Assembly (NCBI GenBank): GCA_964016885.1
Contig: OZ024745.1
Location: 60,512,001 to 60,576,000, forward strand
Length of the DNA stretch: 64,000 bases
From: Eledone cirrhosa
Taxonomy: Eukaryota
Direction: 5' to 3'
Shown: positions 12,081-26,086 of the stretch, piece after piece
Layout: each line of letters begins with the position of its first letter
Numbering within the stretch: position 1 is the first letter of the stretch
Position numbers and translations under genes: made by a program
Notes under the pieces: model-generated
Told to the model about the DNA's origin: nothing
What the model saw: only the letters and a program-made list of their open reading frames with translations
Databases searched by the model: none

Positions 12081-12205
12081 TCAACGGAATTTTTTGAGAC
12101 AAGCCAACACGCTCATAGTATTACCGCGTGTGATGGCGAGGCTGAGGTGATGAAACAGCCAGACACCCCCACGGGCATCACCTAACACTTCAGTAAGGTG
12201 AGTTT
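12081..12205 (-). mobile_element. C-terminal remnant resembling CRE-clade (RLE) non-LTR retrotransposon
   Basis: LTEVLGDARGGVWLFHHLSLAITRGNTMSVL resembles the CRE C-terminal QRLSxAxQRGNA motif; second copy at 21410-21500. Confidence 0.55.
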
Positions 12206-12275
12206 TAAGCTTCGGATGAAAGAAAGAAAAAGATTTCGACGTATCTAATATTAGTCCTTCATCTGGAGTGCAAGA

Positions 12276-12900
<625 letters not shown>

Positions 12901-13109
12901 GATTTCACCGAATTTATATTCATAGAAATCTGGGACTTGTTTCCTTCTTCATTACTTTCTGCTGCTTAAACCATTTTGTTCGTTTACCCTAGCGTCCCCC
13001 TTATTCACGTGTCCCAACGACTTTTTTTTAGCCGTTGCTCGCACCAACCTGAGGTATAGACGAAATGCCTACGACGGTTGGATGGCCACTGATGAGGACA
13101 AACTTTTTC

Positions 13110-13147
<38 letters not shown>

Positions 13148-13149
<2 letters not shown>

Positions 13150-13438
13150 AGACACATGGCTTAGTGGTTAGAGCATTGGCCTTGCAATCGAAAGGTTGTG
13201 AGTTCAATTCTCAGATCGGGTAATGTGTTGTTTCCTTGAGCAAGACACTTTATTTCACTGGGGTCCATATCATTCCACTGTAAAGTGGACGTGGAGGTGC
13301 CACAGAAAAAGCACCCACCACTCACTGTAAATGAGGTTGGTGTTAGGAAGAGCATCCAGCTGTAGAAATCAAGCCAGAATCAGTTCCTGTCCCACCCTTA
13401 CAAGCAGGGAAAAAGCGGACGTAAAATGAAATGAAATG

Positions 13439-13440
<2 letters not shown>
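13148..13440 (+). mobile_element. tRNA/CORE-like SINE
   Basis: Same family as 3086-3391. Confidence 0.88.
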
Positions 13441-13479
<39 letters not shown>

Positions 13480-13543
13480 TGTATGTGTGTGTATATAAAA
13501 TAACAGAGAAAACACAGGTGAGGATTAAAAAAAGGATTTTATC

Positions 13544-13651
13544 CATGTATTTACGACCGTTTCATTGGTAAGTGCAACCTTATATTGCTATACTGCAAAT
13601 CGCAGCCACTCAATAATAATTGTTGTTCACCTCCAAATTTTCAAAATAATG
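13544..13651 (-). ncRNA. Hammerhead ribozyme, U3-A8 core variant (inverted copy)
   Basis: Reverse complement of 13967-14074. Confidence 0.6.
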
Positions 13652-13966
13652 AATAAGTTACTCGTAAAAGGTTCTTAAGATATAAAAATCATTTTTGGGG
13701 AATTGTATTTACTAGTAGAGAGAGAGAGGAAGGGGAAGAAGAATTAGGAAGTAAAGGGACAAACGGAGATGAAGGGAGGGGTAAAGGTGGAAGGATTCCT
13801 CGATAAGTTTTGATTCGTAGACTTGATGTCGTCAATTTACAGTGTAGGGAGTTAAAGAGAATTAAATTGTTTATAGTGGGAGGGAGAGTGAGAGGGGGGG
13901 GGGTAGAGAGATAAATATATATATAAATAAAAATAAAGAATAAGAACCTTTTACGAGTAACTTATT

Positions 13967-14074
13967 CATTATTTTGAAAATTTGGAGGTGAACAACAATT
14001 ATTATTGAGTGGCTGCGATTTGCAGTATAGCAATATAAGGTTGCACTTACCAATGAAACGGTCGTAAATACATG
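13967..14074 (+). ncRNA. Hammerhead ribozyme, U3-A8 core variant
   Basis: TATT-TTGAAAA-T-TTGG AGGTG...CACTT A CCAA-T-GAA-ACGGTCGT-A-AATA. Confidence 0.6.
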
Positions 14075-14212
14075 GATAAAATCCTTTTTTTAATGCTTAC
14101 CTGTGTTTTCTCTTTTATTGTTTATACTCCAAGATTGAACGTGATTCCTACAAACTTGTGGAGTTACCCCGTACGTTGAAAGCGTTGAACTGGATTACAA
14201 TTTTCTGCTTCC

Positions 14213-14332
<120 letters not shown>

Positions 14333-14334
14333 AT

Positions 14335-16267
14335 AACCCAAGGTTAAAAAACGAAAACCCTGGGAAACAGAGAGGATACGCCAAAACCGCAAAGAGTTGT
14401 GAAAAGCTGCAGAATTGAAAGACACTCAACGATATCCATAAAACATTAGTAACTTCAATGCTGTTTGTACAGCACTGAAAAGTGAGTATGAAATTGAGCA
14501 ACCCGAATACATGCAGAGAAAGATCAATCATATCTCGAGTACTGTCAGCAATAAGAAGTCTGCTGAAGCCTGGAAAACTGTCAATGAAATTAGTGGTAGA
14601 AAAAGTAGTGACAGAGCCAAACTGAAAGCCTCCAGCCAAGACGAACGTTTACAACTGTGGCAATAACATTTTCAGAACCTACTTGGCAAAGCACCACAGA
14701 TCATCGAAGAAGAAATAATACCCGTTTTTACAGAGGAACACCAAATACAGAAAGGTCCTTTCATTATGGAGGAACTACAGAAGGCAGTGAAAAGTATTGG
14801 TAACGGAAAAGCGTGTGGACTCGACGAGATCCCAGCTGAAGTGTGGAAGGTACCTGAATTTCACCCAATCCTACTAGAGTTGTGTAATGGTGTCTATAAT
14901 CAAGACCCCATAGACAAATGGACTGAGGGATGTATACTCCCTTTTCCCAAAAAGGGCGATCTTGGAATGGCTAAAAACTACCGTGGCATAACACTAATGG
15001 CAATTGCCGCAAAGATATACAATCTCATGCTGTTTGACAGAATAAGACCTGTCATTGACCCCTTGCTGAGAAAAAAACAAAATGGCTTCCGCACCAACAG
15101 ATCAACATCAGGGCAAATACTTACTATTCGGCGTATCTTGGAAGGCGTAAAAGCCAAAATCCTCCCAACTCTCCTGTTTATTGACTTTTCAAAAGCATTC
15201 GATTCCATCCATCGTGGGAGGATGAGATAGATACTTCTAGCCTACAACTTGCCAAGGGAAACAGTAAATGCCATCATGATGTTATATAAAAATACCCGCG
15301 CAATGGACCGCTCACCTGATGGTGATACCAACTTCTTTGACATCATTGCAGGAGTACTCCAAGGGGATACTCTTGCACCATATATTTTTATCATCTGCCT
15401 CAAATATGTATTGAGAAAAGCCCTGGACGAAAACTTAGAACTTGGTTTCACTCTCACAAAGCGAAAGTGTAGACGCCATGCAGCTCAGAAAATACCCGAT
15501 GCTGACTATGCGGATGATTTAGCGGTCCTCGCTGACTACCTTAAGGATGCAACATCACTACCTCACAGCATCGAATCAGTTGCAAAGGAAATCGGACTCT
15601 ATGTCAAGGCAGGCAAAACAGAATATATTTGCCTGAACCAAGACTCCTCAGTTGGTATGCGAAGTCTAAACGGCGATATAATCAAGCAAGTTCACGACTT
15701 CAAATACCTGGGTAGCTATATCGCCTCCACAGAACATGATGTTAACATCAGATTGGGAAAAGTCTGGGGAGCATTGAATGCAATGGAAAAGATATGGAAA
15801 TCAAACCTGCCGGCCAAACTGAAAAGGAGTTTCTTCAGAGCTGCTGTGGAGTCTGTGCTTGTTTATGGCTCTATCACTTGGACGCTAACATCGAAACTGG
15901 AGAATAAGCTAGACGAGGGATACACACGTATGCTTCGCGCTGCTTTAAATGTGTCTTGGAGGGAACACCCAACAAATAAAAATCTCTATGGCAATATACC
16001 ACCCATCAGCAGATCAATACGTAGACAGAGACTCGGATTTGCTGGCCACTGTTGGCACAGCAAGGAAGAAATAGCAGGTGATGTGTTGTTATGGAGTCCA
16101 TCTCATGGAGCAAGAAACGGTGGTTGTCTCAAGAAGACATACGTCAAGCAACTTGAGGACGATACTGGATGCACTGCGGAAGAACTGGCAAACGCTATGA
16201 GAGATAGAGATGGATGGAGGAAACGTGTCGTAGAAAGCCGAGCAAGCTCGACCTGATGATGGCGATG
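14335..16267 (+). mobile_element. RTE-clade LINE, 5'-truncated, disrupted RT
   Basis: ORFs 14766-15230 and 15249-16256 with GVLQGDTLAP, YADD and RLGFAGHC; TGATGA tail. Confidence 0.92.
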
Positions 16268-16295
16268 TATGCACAGATATATATATATATATATA

Positions 16296-16343
<48 letters not shown>

Positions 16344-16402
16344 TATATATATATATATATATATGTAATATAAGATCAAAAGATGGTTAAAGGAGTTCCA
16401 TG

Positions 16403-16473
16403 TATTTTATTATGCGCATTTCAAAAACAAACATCATCATGCAATAATATTTGTGTTTTCATCAGATAAAACA
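16403..16473 (-). ncRNA. Type I hammerhead ribozyme
   Basis: TTTTAT-CTGATGA-AAAC ACAAATATTATT gcat GATGATGTTTGT TTTT-GAA-ATGCGCAT-A-ATAAAA. Confidence 0.75.
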
Positions 16474-16507
16474 GGAGAACATGATATGAAGGCTATATAT
16501 GTATATA

Positions 16508-16555
<48 letters not shown>

Positions 16556-16789
16556 TATATATATATATATACACACACATATATATATATATATATATAC
16601 ACACACATATATATATATATATACACAGATACATATACCTACATGTATATATATATATATTTATATATAGGAACAAGTAGGGGTCCTACTTGTTCCTATT
16701 ACCCACTCTACTACCCCAAGTATTGAGTACTTTGGTGCGTTATGGTCCATCTGGTCCCTAACCACATTTCCTTTGTTATATTTATATAT

Positions 16790-16878
<89 letters not shown>

Positions 16879-16879
16879 G

Positions 16880-16924
<45 letters not shown>

Positions 16925-16929
16925 GATAC

Positions 16930-16964
<35 letters not shown>

Positions 16965-16969
16965 GATAC

Positions 16970-17004
<35 letters not shown>

Positions 17005-17009
17005 GATAC

Positions 17010-17040
<31 letters not shown>

Positions 17041-17369
17041 CACACAGATACATATATATATATATATATACACACACACAGATATATATATATATATATA
17101 TATATCTGTGTGTGTATATATATATATATATGTACGTTATTCCGGGTTGAATCGGAGGTAACCACAGTAAGTAAGGTACTCAATACATAGCAGAGTATAA
17201 CAGTTTTAATATAGATGAGATTCTACAGGACTAGAACTGTTTCATTCATTAGAAATCATGATGATTTCTAATGAATGAAACAGTTCTAGTCCTGTAGAAT
17301 CTCATCTATATATATATATATATATATATTTACACAGATACATTATATATATATATATATAATGTAAAA

Positions 17370-17525
17370 AAATATGTAAGCGGGCCTTAGCACCTCCACT
17401 GAAGATGCTCTTCAGAAGCTCCTTGGCTAGCGGTGTACTACCCAGGGAGCTGAAAGAAAGCACAATATGCCCTATCCATAAAGGAGGTAGCAGAGTGGAG
17501 GCCAAAAACTATAGGCCAGTCTCCC

Positions 17526-17527
<2 letters not shown>
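17370..17527 (+). mobile_element. Fragment of CR1/L2/Jockey-type RT
   Basis: [36 protein letters not shown]...NYRPVSL, bounded by TA repeats. Confidence 0.7.
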
Positions 17528-17583
<56 letters not shown>

Positions 17584-17730
17584 TATATATATACACACAT
17601 ATATATATATATACACACATATATATATATACACACATATATATATATATACACACACATATATATATATACACACATATATATATATATACACACATAT
17701 ATATATATATATACACATATATATATATAT

Positions 17731-17797
<67 letters not shown>

Positions 17798-18040
17798 CAC
17801 ATATATATATATATATACACACACATATATATATATATATATATACACACACATATATATATATACACACACACACATATATATATATACACACACATAT
17901 ATATATATACACACACACATATATATATATATATACACACACATATATATATATATATACACACATATATATATATATATACACACATATATATATATAT
18001 ACACACACATATATATATATACACACACATATATATATAT

Positions 18041-18114
<74 letters not shown>
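17528..18114. repeat. (TA)n(CA)m composite satellite
   Basis: Direct reading; similar arrays at 16495-17130, 18780-19165 and 19795-20810. Confidence 0.95.
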
Positions 18115-18115
<1 letters not shown>

Positions 18116-18778
18116 CGTGAACGGCAAAGCATAAACGAACTAAGGAAAAAATTAGAGATAAGAGGGATCAGATGTTGTTTACTCGAGAGAAGGCTACGTT
18201 GGTATGGACACGTGATGCGCATGAAAGTCGATAGCTGTATAACAAAGTGCAGGGCAATAAAGATAGACGGTAGCCACAGAATAGGCAGACCTAGAAAAAC
18301 CTGGGACGAGCTGATAAACTCCGACCTCACACACTTACACCTCTCCAAGACAATGTCACTGGACCGAGACCTTTGGCGGTACTCAGTAACAGAGAAGACC
18401 CGCCTTGCCAGTAGGCATCTCTAACAAAATACACCCCGTCCCGCCACCACCCCCACCCATCCACACCACCCCGTCCTATGTAAAGTTATGTTGGTGCCGC
18501 GCCATCCAGGCCGAAACAAATGAGATCGTGTAGGTGTCACGACAAAAAAACACACAGTCCACGCTGTAATGTGGCCGTGTAGGCAACACGGTAAAAACCT
18601 CCCAGACCCACACTGTAAATGTGGTTGGTGTTAGGAAGGGCATCCAACTGTAGAAAACCTGCCAGACAGTCCTATGCGAGCAAGACAATCACTCTTGCCT
18701 CAAGTGGGACTACCCCCGTCCAAACCCATGCAAGCGTGGAACACGGACGTTAAACGTTGATGATGATGATGATGATGA
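18115..18778 (+). mobile_element. RTE LINE 3' end
   Basis: [12 protein letters not shown]...GRPRKTW, 3' UTR and (GAT)n tail; near-identical to 36661-37466. Confidence 0.9.
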
Positions 18779-18866
18779 TATATATATATATATGTGTGTG
18801 TATATATATATATATATATATACACACACATATATATATATATATACACATATATATATATATATA

Positions 18867-18916
<50 letters not shown>

Positions 18917-18988
18917 TATATGTGTGTATATATATATATATGTGTGTGTGTATATATATATATATATGTGTGTGTATATATATATGTA

Positions 18989-19063
<75 letters not shown>

Positions 19064-19164
19064 GTGTGTGTATGTATATATATATATATGTATGTGTGTA
19101 TATATATACATATACACACACATATATATATATATATACACATATATATATATATACACATATA

Positions 19165-19378
19165 AAGAAAAGGGAGATTCTTTAAAAGCTAAATTCTTTA
19201 AGGTTCTACTAAGTGACAAAGGCCTAGAGAATTCTATAGACCAATTCAAAATATTGAGTGAAGCTAATGGTATGATATGCACTCAATATTTTGAATGGGT
19301 CTATAGAATTCTCTAGGCCTTTGTCACTTAGTAGAACCTTAAAGAATTTAGCTTTTAAAGAATCTCCCTTTTCTTTAA
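19165..19378. repeat. ~95-bp fold-back inverted repeat, 19-nt loop
   Basis: AAAGAAAAGGGAGATTC...TATTGAGTG / CACTCAATA...GAATCTCCCTTTTCTTT. Confidence 0.9.
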
Positions 19379-19658
19379 ATCCATCAACCATGACTGACCC
19401 CCAATGACCTTATAGACACCTGATATCTAGGCATTGTTAGCTTAAGAGAAACTTAAAAATAAGGAGTGGCACCCCATCCTGAACTTGTTTATAGAATTCT
19501 TTCTGCCTTTGTTACTCTAAAAATAAAATATAGCTTTGAAGAATTAGCTTTTAATGAATTCCCTTTTCTATCAACCAATGACCTACACCCATCCCACTCC
19601 CTACCCTCTCCTACCACCTGAAGAGACCTATAAATACCATACTTACTTTTTGATACCC

Positions 19659-19709
19659 AGATGCCTGATGATTTCTAAAGTATGAAACAGTTCTAGTCCT
19701 GTAGAATCT
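19659..19709 (+). ncRNA. Type I hammerhead ribozyme (slightly degenerate)
   Basis: AGATGC-CTGATGA-TTTC TAAA GTAT-GAA-ACAG ttctagtc CTGT-A-GAATCT. The partial copy near 45025 has a paired TTC/GAA stem II. Confidence 0.65.
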
Positions 19710-19791
19710 CATCTATATTAAAACTTTTATACTCTGCAATGTATTGAGTACCTTACTTACTGTGGTTACCTCCGACTCAACCCGGAATAAC

Positions 19792-19830
<39 letters not shown>

Positions 19831-19975
19831 TACACACATATATATATATATATGCAGACATATATATATACATATATATATATACACATATATATATACA
19901 CACATATATATACCTATATATATATATACACATATATATATATATATGCAGACATATATATACATATATAATACC

Positions 19976-20007
<32 letters not shown>

Positions 20008-20142
20008 TATATATATACACATATATATATATATATATACACACATTTATATATATATGAACACACATATATATATACACACACATATATATATATACAC
20101 ACATATATATATATATATATACACATATATATATATATATAT

Positions 20143-20229
<87 letters not shown>

Positions 20230-20350
20230 TATATATATATATATACACATAAATATATATATACACACACATATATATATATATACACACACATATATAT
20301 ATATACACACATATAATATAAGATCAAAAGATGGTTAAAGGAGTTCCATG

Positions 20351-20421
20351 TATTTTATTATGCGCATTTCAAAAACAAACATCATCATGCAATAATATTT
20401 GTGTTTTCATCAGATAAAACA
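20351..20421 (-). ncRNA. Type I hammerhead ribozyme (copy of 16403-16473)
   Basis: Same sequence as 16403-16473. Confidence 0.75.
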
Positions 20422-20556
20422 GGAGAACATGATATGAAGGCTAAAAAACACTTGTGGATAGTGCAGTTTTAAATCACCATATGAAAAGTGGTTTTAGATT
20501 GATGTGTGATATTGGGAAAAATACATATATATATATATATGCACATATATATATAT

Positions 20557-20601
<45 letters not shown>

Positions 20602-20656
20602 TATATATATATATATACACACATATATATATATATACACACATATATATATATAT

Positions 20657-20693
<37 letters not shown>

Positions 20694-20740
20694 AACATAT
20701 ATATATATATACACACACATATGTATATATATATATATAT

Positions 20741-20783
<43 letters not shown>

Positions 20784-20879
20784 TATATATATATATATCC
20801 ACACATATCTATCTATCTATGTAGGGCGGGTAAAATTCACGAGATCCATGGACGAGTTCTCTCCAACGGTCATTGTCCC

Positions 20880-21185
20880 TCATTAGGCTGCCATGTCCTG
20901 CGTCTTCAACAGACCAGTGTCTCTCCTTAGGGCATCAACATACGTTAACCTTGGTCTTCCTCTTCCAGTGTGTCCATGTAGGGGCTTCCACAGGAGCACT
21001 GAGTGCAATGTCAACTTTGGATGTCGGTGAGCATGTCCAGCTAACCTCAGTCTCCTCTGTGTCACTTTTGAGCTGACTTTTGGGAGGCTCCCATACAGCT
21101 CTGAGTTATTCATTCTCAGTGTATACTGATTAATGTTCAGAGCCATCCTCAGCATTCTCGTGTAGCACCCATCCACCATCTGAGT
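20880..21185 (-). mobile_element. RTE LINE C-terminal fragment
   Basis: DGCYTRMLRMALN...RRLRLAGH...GRGRPRLTYVD. Confidence 0.85.
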
Positions 21186-21195
21186 GGATACACAC

Positions 21196-21258
<63 letters not shown>

Positions 21259-21264
21259 ATATAT

Positions 21265-21302
<38 letters not shown>

Positions 21303-21560
21303 CACTCATATGTACCCTTTTTACATTTTCTCTTCTCTGAACTTTTGCACTCCAGATGAAGGACTAACATCCGATACGTCGAAATCTTTTTCTTTCTTTC
21401 ATCCGAACCGTGAAACTCACCTTACTGAGGTGTCAGGTGATGCTCGTGGGGGTACCTGGCTCTTCCATCACCTCAGCCTCGCCATCACATGTGGTAATAC
21501 TATATATATATATATATATAAATCAACAAAGAAGCCCTTAATACATTAAAAATCTTTATT

Positions 21561-21603
21561 CGCTGACAGTGTTTCATCCCAGTAATTAGGACTCTTCAGA
21601 GCA
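21561..21603 (-). ncRNA. Minimal hammerhead ribozyme (inverted copy)
   Basis: Reverse complement of 22027-22069 with GGAT instead of GGAC. Confidence 0.75.
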
Positions 21604-22026
21604 AGGAAAAGACAAAAAATATCAACGGCTAGAACAAGCCAAAATTCAGAAGAATAGAGAAATGGAAAAATAGAAATTTAAATGTTAGATTACAAGACAC
21701 AATATGCAGGTAATACAAAAGCAGGATAAGGAGGCTAGGTCTAGGATGTTGCGACATATTAAGATTTCAGGTAACTAAGAAATGATATTTAATTACTAAT
21801 GGGTAAAAATTTATAAAAATTTATAACACGCGATAGTATGTAAAGAAGGATATTTCAGAAAATTATCCAGGAAAGATGTGTCAAACGTAATAGGGTACAT
21901 TGGTACATAAAAACTATAGGGCAAGAGAGCAAGCAAACACTAAAATCGCCACGTTAAAAGTACAATATATGTTCAATACTCAGAATACAACACAATAATA
22001 TAATCCAATATTTTTTGTCTTTTCCT

Positions 22027-22069
22027 TGCTCTGAAGAGTCCTAATTACTGGGACGAAACACTGTCAGCG
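22027..22069 (+). ncRNA. Minimal type I hammerhead ribozyme
   Basis: TGCT-CTGAAGA-GTCC taattactg GGAC-GAA-ACA c TGT-C-AGCG. Confidence 0.85.
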
Positions 22070-22616
22070 AATAAAGATTTTTAATGTATTAAGGGCTTCT
22101 TTGTTGATTTATATAATTTTTTCGACTCTGTTTGATAACATTGAGCTATCTCTTGTACTGTCATTTCTCTAATGCGGCGAGTGTGTTTGACTCTAATGCA
22201 AACAGAATTTTCGATACATAAATGGAAAGAAAAAAAAAATGTTGTGGAAAAAATTAAACATGATAATCTATTGGCTATTGGAATTGACAATGCCATCATC
22301 ATAACATTATATTGTATTGTCGATAAAATAAAGTACCAGTAATACACTGGAATAATTGCTGGCCTTGTACCAAAAGTAGAAACAATTATATTGTATTGTT
22401 ACTTCTATTATTTAGATGTCTGAGCGTCAGACGCCATGCTTTGCAGCACAGTTACGTCCCTTTACGAGCGATTTGAGGTCAGCTCTCACTACCTCTGCCC
22501 ATGTCTTTCTTGGTTGACCTCTACTGCGACTTCCCTCCATTGGCACTTCTTCACCCATTAGTCATCATCCATGTGTATCACATGTCTGTACCAACGCAGT
22601 TTTCTCTCCGCACACC

Positions 22617-22805
22617 TTAACCCTTTAGCATTTAAACTGGCTATATCCGGCCAGAATCCTCTCACCGTTCAAACTGGCCGTATCTAGCTGTTCATACTGA
22701 CGTTATAAATAACATCAAAATCTGGTAGATTTGATATTATGTAAGATAAAGCCTTTAGCACAAAAATACAATATATATACAGTAATGTAAATGCTAAAGG
22801 GTCAA
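22617..22805. mobile_element. piggyBac-like MITE
   Basis: TTAA-CCCTTTAGCATTTA...TAAATGCTAAAGGG-TCAA. Confidence 0.75.
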
Positions 22806-25318
22806 ACCCAGTTTCTCCCTCAGTTCATCCAAGCTGTCTTTCTCTCACATTTACATTGCACATCCAACGGAGCATGGCTGTTTCATTTCTCTCCAGTCTA
22901 TGCAGGTTTTCTAAAGTCACTGCCCATGTTTCACACTTCGCAGTCATCCTTTTGTACATAGGGAGAAACCTTTTGTTTTGAGTATAATTGTTGTATATAA
23001 GCATAATTCTCAGTCTAGAATTAGCTGTCGAAATGGCAAGAGCTCAGTTGTCGGACTCCAACTCTCTCCAATATATATATATATATATGAGACATGGTCA
23101 CCCGACCAAACCCGTCTAACCCATGCTAGCGAGGAAGATAGACAACTGTCACCCATACACAATTTTTTGTAATCTATGTTGATATGGACCCTGAAGTCCC
23201 TTTTGATTCTAAATTCTATTTCCACAACAGGAATTTCTTAAGCTCTCCTACAGATGAACGAAATTGTCAGTGTACAGAAGTTCCCATGGACAGCCAGTCT
23301 CCTAGTCTTGATAAACTCATTACCTACTCTTGCTAAACTGACTGCACCTCTGTACATGGCATGCACTGCTCTTACAAGACACTCGTTAAGGACCACCAGA
23401 TAACTATTGTATGTGAGGATGGTAGAGGCTGAGTGGTATAACAAGCCACCCAGTGTTTCACCTAGGTATACTTTTCATACTCAATCACCTATCCTCTCAT
23501 ACTCACTGCTTACATAACTGAGTGACACCTACGAGCCCACACAATGTGGAGCATCTCAGCCATATATCTTATAAACATTCCCCCACACAGGAGTCACTAA
23601 GTTATTTTTCTGCACTTTCAAAGTCATCTCCACTACCCGGTGGGACACATCCTATTTGTTGAGGGTTGTTACCACAAAATACACCCAGTACACGCTGTAA
23701 AGTAGTTGGCGTCCAGATGAAACCATGTGATGAAACGTGGCCAACTTACCTAAAAGTTACACCACATCGAATCCATGTTGTTAAAGCGATACGTAAATAC
23801 GTGGAAATATGTTTTATATTGTGAGAATATTTTAACGTTATAGTGTGAATATTTTAACTGATGATTGACTGTAAAGCAGTACTTCGGCATGACCGTGTTC
23901 GGACTGAAAGTCTTCAATTCGTGTAAAAACCCATTATGCATGACGAGCAAGTGTTTGTACAAGTCTACGTAACTGTATACGTATTCGTTCGTAAAATTCC
24001 ATATGAATGTGCGTAGATTCATATAAAAAAAAAATGTGGATATGCAATTACTTTTTGTATCGATGCACGTAATAATTAGTTGAAATCAGGCCCAAAGTGA
24101 GAAATACGAATTAAAAAAAAAAAAAAATTAAACCCTCTCGTAATCAAAAACTATCTTCAAAATATAAAGAAACAAAATCAGGTGGGGGCAGAGATATGTC
24201 GAATGTCTCGAAATTTGTTCCAGCTTATTTAAAATCTGCCAGTGACTAGTCCTGCGTAAGGAACCAATAAAATTAGCAGTTGAAGGCGGAATGTTTTTGT
24301 ATCTAGTCCGGTTGTTGCTTTCAACCAGTTTCGGGGAAAGTCTTTTCGTTCGTCTCTCGTATATGGAATAAGTGGCACCCAACGTAATTCCTTTACTGCT
24401 CAAACAGGTAGTGAAGGGATATACTCACACACGCACGAGGGTCGTTGAAAAATTGGTCATTCCATAAGAGTATCTTTGTCAGGCCACCTTCGTATCTTGT
24501 AACTACTTAAAATCCCAAATCGCTAATTTTTCTAAGTTGTCTCGATTTAAAAATACAGAATTTTAGTTTACATATTGACCCCAACGTATCCTATTCTATA
24601 AAGTGGTATTTCTAGTAACGTAGTTTCTTTATAATATTTTGGTCATGTATGTCTTTTAATGTATAAGGGAAATGGTCACAGGAATGCTACCACTTAAAAA
24701 ATTTCGCCGGTGATAGATTACCAACATTTAATAAGCGGAGAGCGAAGGAACGATTATTTGAGACAGAGTACATTAAGCCATAAAAGGCTGGCTAACTTTC
24801 GTTTCACACCCAAATGATTGTCTACAAAATATAAAGACATTTGAAAAAAAATCACGATGTATGCTCCGTAAGACACTAAATACAATATAAAAAAGTATAC
24901 GAGACTTCGGACGATATATACACGAGAAGCTGCTCCAAGATATATAAAATAAAACCTTAATTCAAAATAACAATCAGGTGACTATATAAGTCTCCTATTA
25001 CATTTTAAAAGTACCAACGAGAAAAATTGGTTAGCAAACACCAAAAAATACAACAAAACAAATTTAGTTGATATATTAACTTTTATATAAACAATATACG
25101 AGTGATAATGAAACACCCTTGTGATATAAATGAAATATTTACAGATGAAATGTATGTTAAGAGTTCATGATAAATGAGGCAATAAAAGTGACGATGGAAG
25201 AGATGTTATGAAGTGTTTGGTGAGTGGGTGAAAGTATTAATGATAGATCAGATTTTGTACGATATTTACAAGTCTTTTGTAATAAATATTATAGTCTCTT
25301 TTTTTCTGCAAAGTTAGT

Positions 25319-25861
25319 TTACTTCTTCTTGGCTGCAGCCTTCCTAACAACCTTCTTCTTGGCGGGTTTGGCGGGTTTCTTTGCGACTTTCTTTACCACC
25401 TTTTTGGGCGATTTGGCTTTAGCAACCGTTTTTTTCACAACTTTCTTAGCAGGCTTCTTGGGAGATTTCCTTGTGGGTGCCTTAGGTTTCTTTGCTTTTG
25501 GTGCCTTTTTGGTGGCGGGCTTCTTCACTTTCGGTTTCTTCTCATTGCTACTAACAACCTTAAATGATCCAGAAGCTCCAGTTCCTTTAGATTGTATCAG
25601 TTTACCGCTTGTAAGACCCCTCTTCAGTGCCATTCTAATTTGGTTCTTGATAAGATTATCTTCGACAGATACACTGTAGTTAGCACTAATGAATTTTGCG
25701 ATCGCTTGGCGAGAAATACCCCTCCTTTCTTTGCTTTTCACAATGGCTTGTTCAATCATCTCACCGTATGGTGGATGACTAGCTTTCTTCACTTTCTTCG
25801 CTTTTTTGGCGACCTTTTGAGGAGCTGGTGCCGCTGCGGCGGGTGTTGTTGCGTCAGACAT
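25319..25861 (-). CDS. H1: Linker histone H1 (H1.0/H1-delta-like), intronless
   Basis: Globular domain SHPPYGEMI...RRGISRQAIAKFI...LKRGLTSGKLIQSKGTGASGSFKV, with a Lys/Ala/Pro-rich tail containing SPKK motifs. Confidence 0.96.
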   Translation of the reverse strand: MSDATTPAAAAPAPQKVAKKAKKVKKASHPPYGEMIEQAIVKSKERRGISRQAIAKFISANYSVSVEDNLIKNQIRMALKRGLTSGKLIQSKGTGASGSFKVVSSNEKKPKVKKPATKKAPKAKKPKAPTRKSPKKPAKKVVKKTVAKAKSPKKVVKKVAKKPAKPAKKKVVRKAAAKKK

Positions 25862-25993
25862 GATCGGACAGTAAATCGATGTATTAAAACAAATAAATAT
25901 CCTTTAGTAAAGATTCCGGTTGAATAGCAGGTAGTTGGCAAAATACAACGTCAAGCGTACAAAACAAGTTTGACAGTTCTAAAGGTAAACGCT

Positions 25994-26086
25994 TATTTAT
26001 ACATTACGCGCGAACGTCGTAGAAGACACATCAACAGTGCGACCACCTTTCACAAATATGGTAGCCGAAATACAACAACTGTGTTT
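25994..26086 (-). promoter_or_regulatory. H1 promoter: TATA box and H1 (AC) box
   Basis: Minus strand TATAAATA at 25994-26001 and AAACACA at 26080-26086, about 85 nt apart as in typical H1 promoters. Confidence 0.75.

Larger units (their letters stand above)
21520..22115. mobile_element. Non-coding element with ~100-bp terminal inverted repeats, each carrying a hammerhead
   Basis: 21520-21621 is the reverse complement of 22008-22112. Confidence 0.8.

Noticed and set aside
13085-13110. CTGATGAGGAC motif
   Set aside because: No downstream stem II/GAAA before the TA tract.
13148-13220. tRNA gene
   Set aside because: SINE head: no acceptor stem or T-run terminator, and it continues into the SINE core.
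16450-20930. Many long YI/HT/CV-rich ORFs (also 6470-7930, 12081-12923, 33755-36750, 56180-56600)
   Set aside because: Translations of (TA)n/(CA)n microsatellites.
21345-21450. CAGATGA...GAAA as a hammerhead
   Set aside because: U4 is changed and no convincing stems I and III.
25224-25927. Plus-strand ORFs overlapping H1
   Set aside because: Antisense shadows of the Lys-rich H1 CDS.
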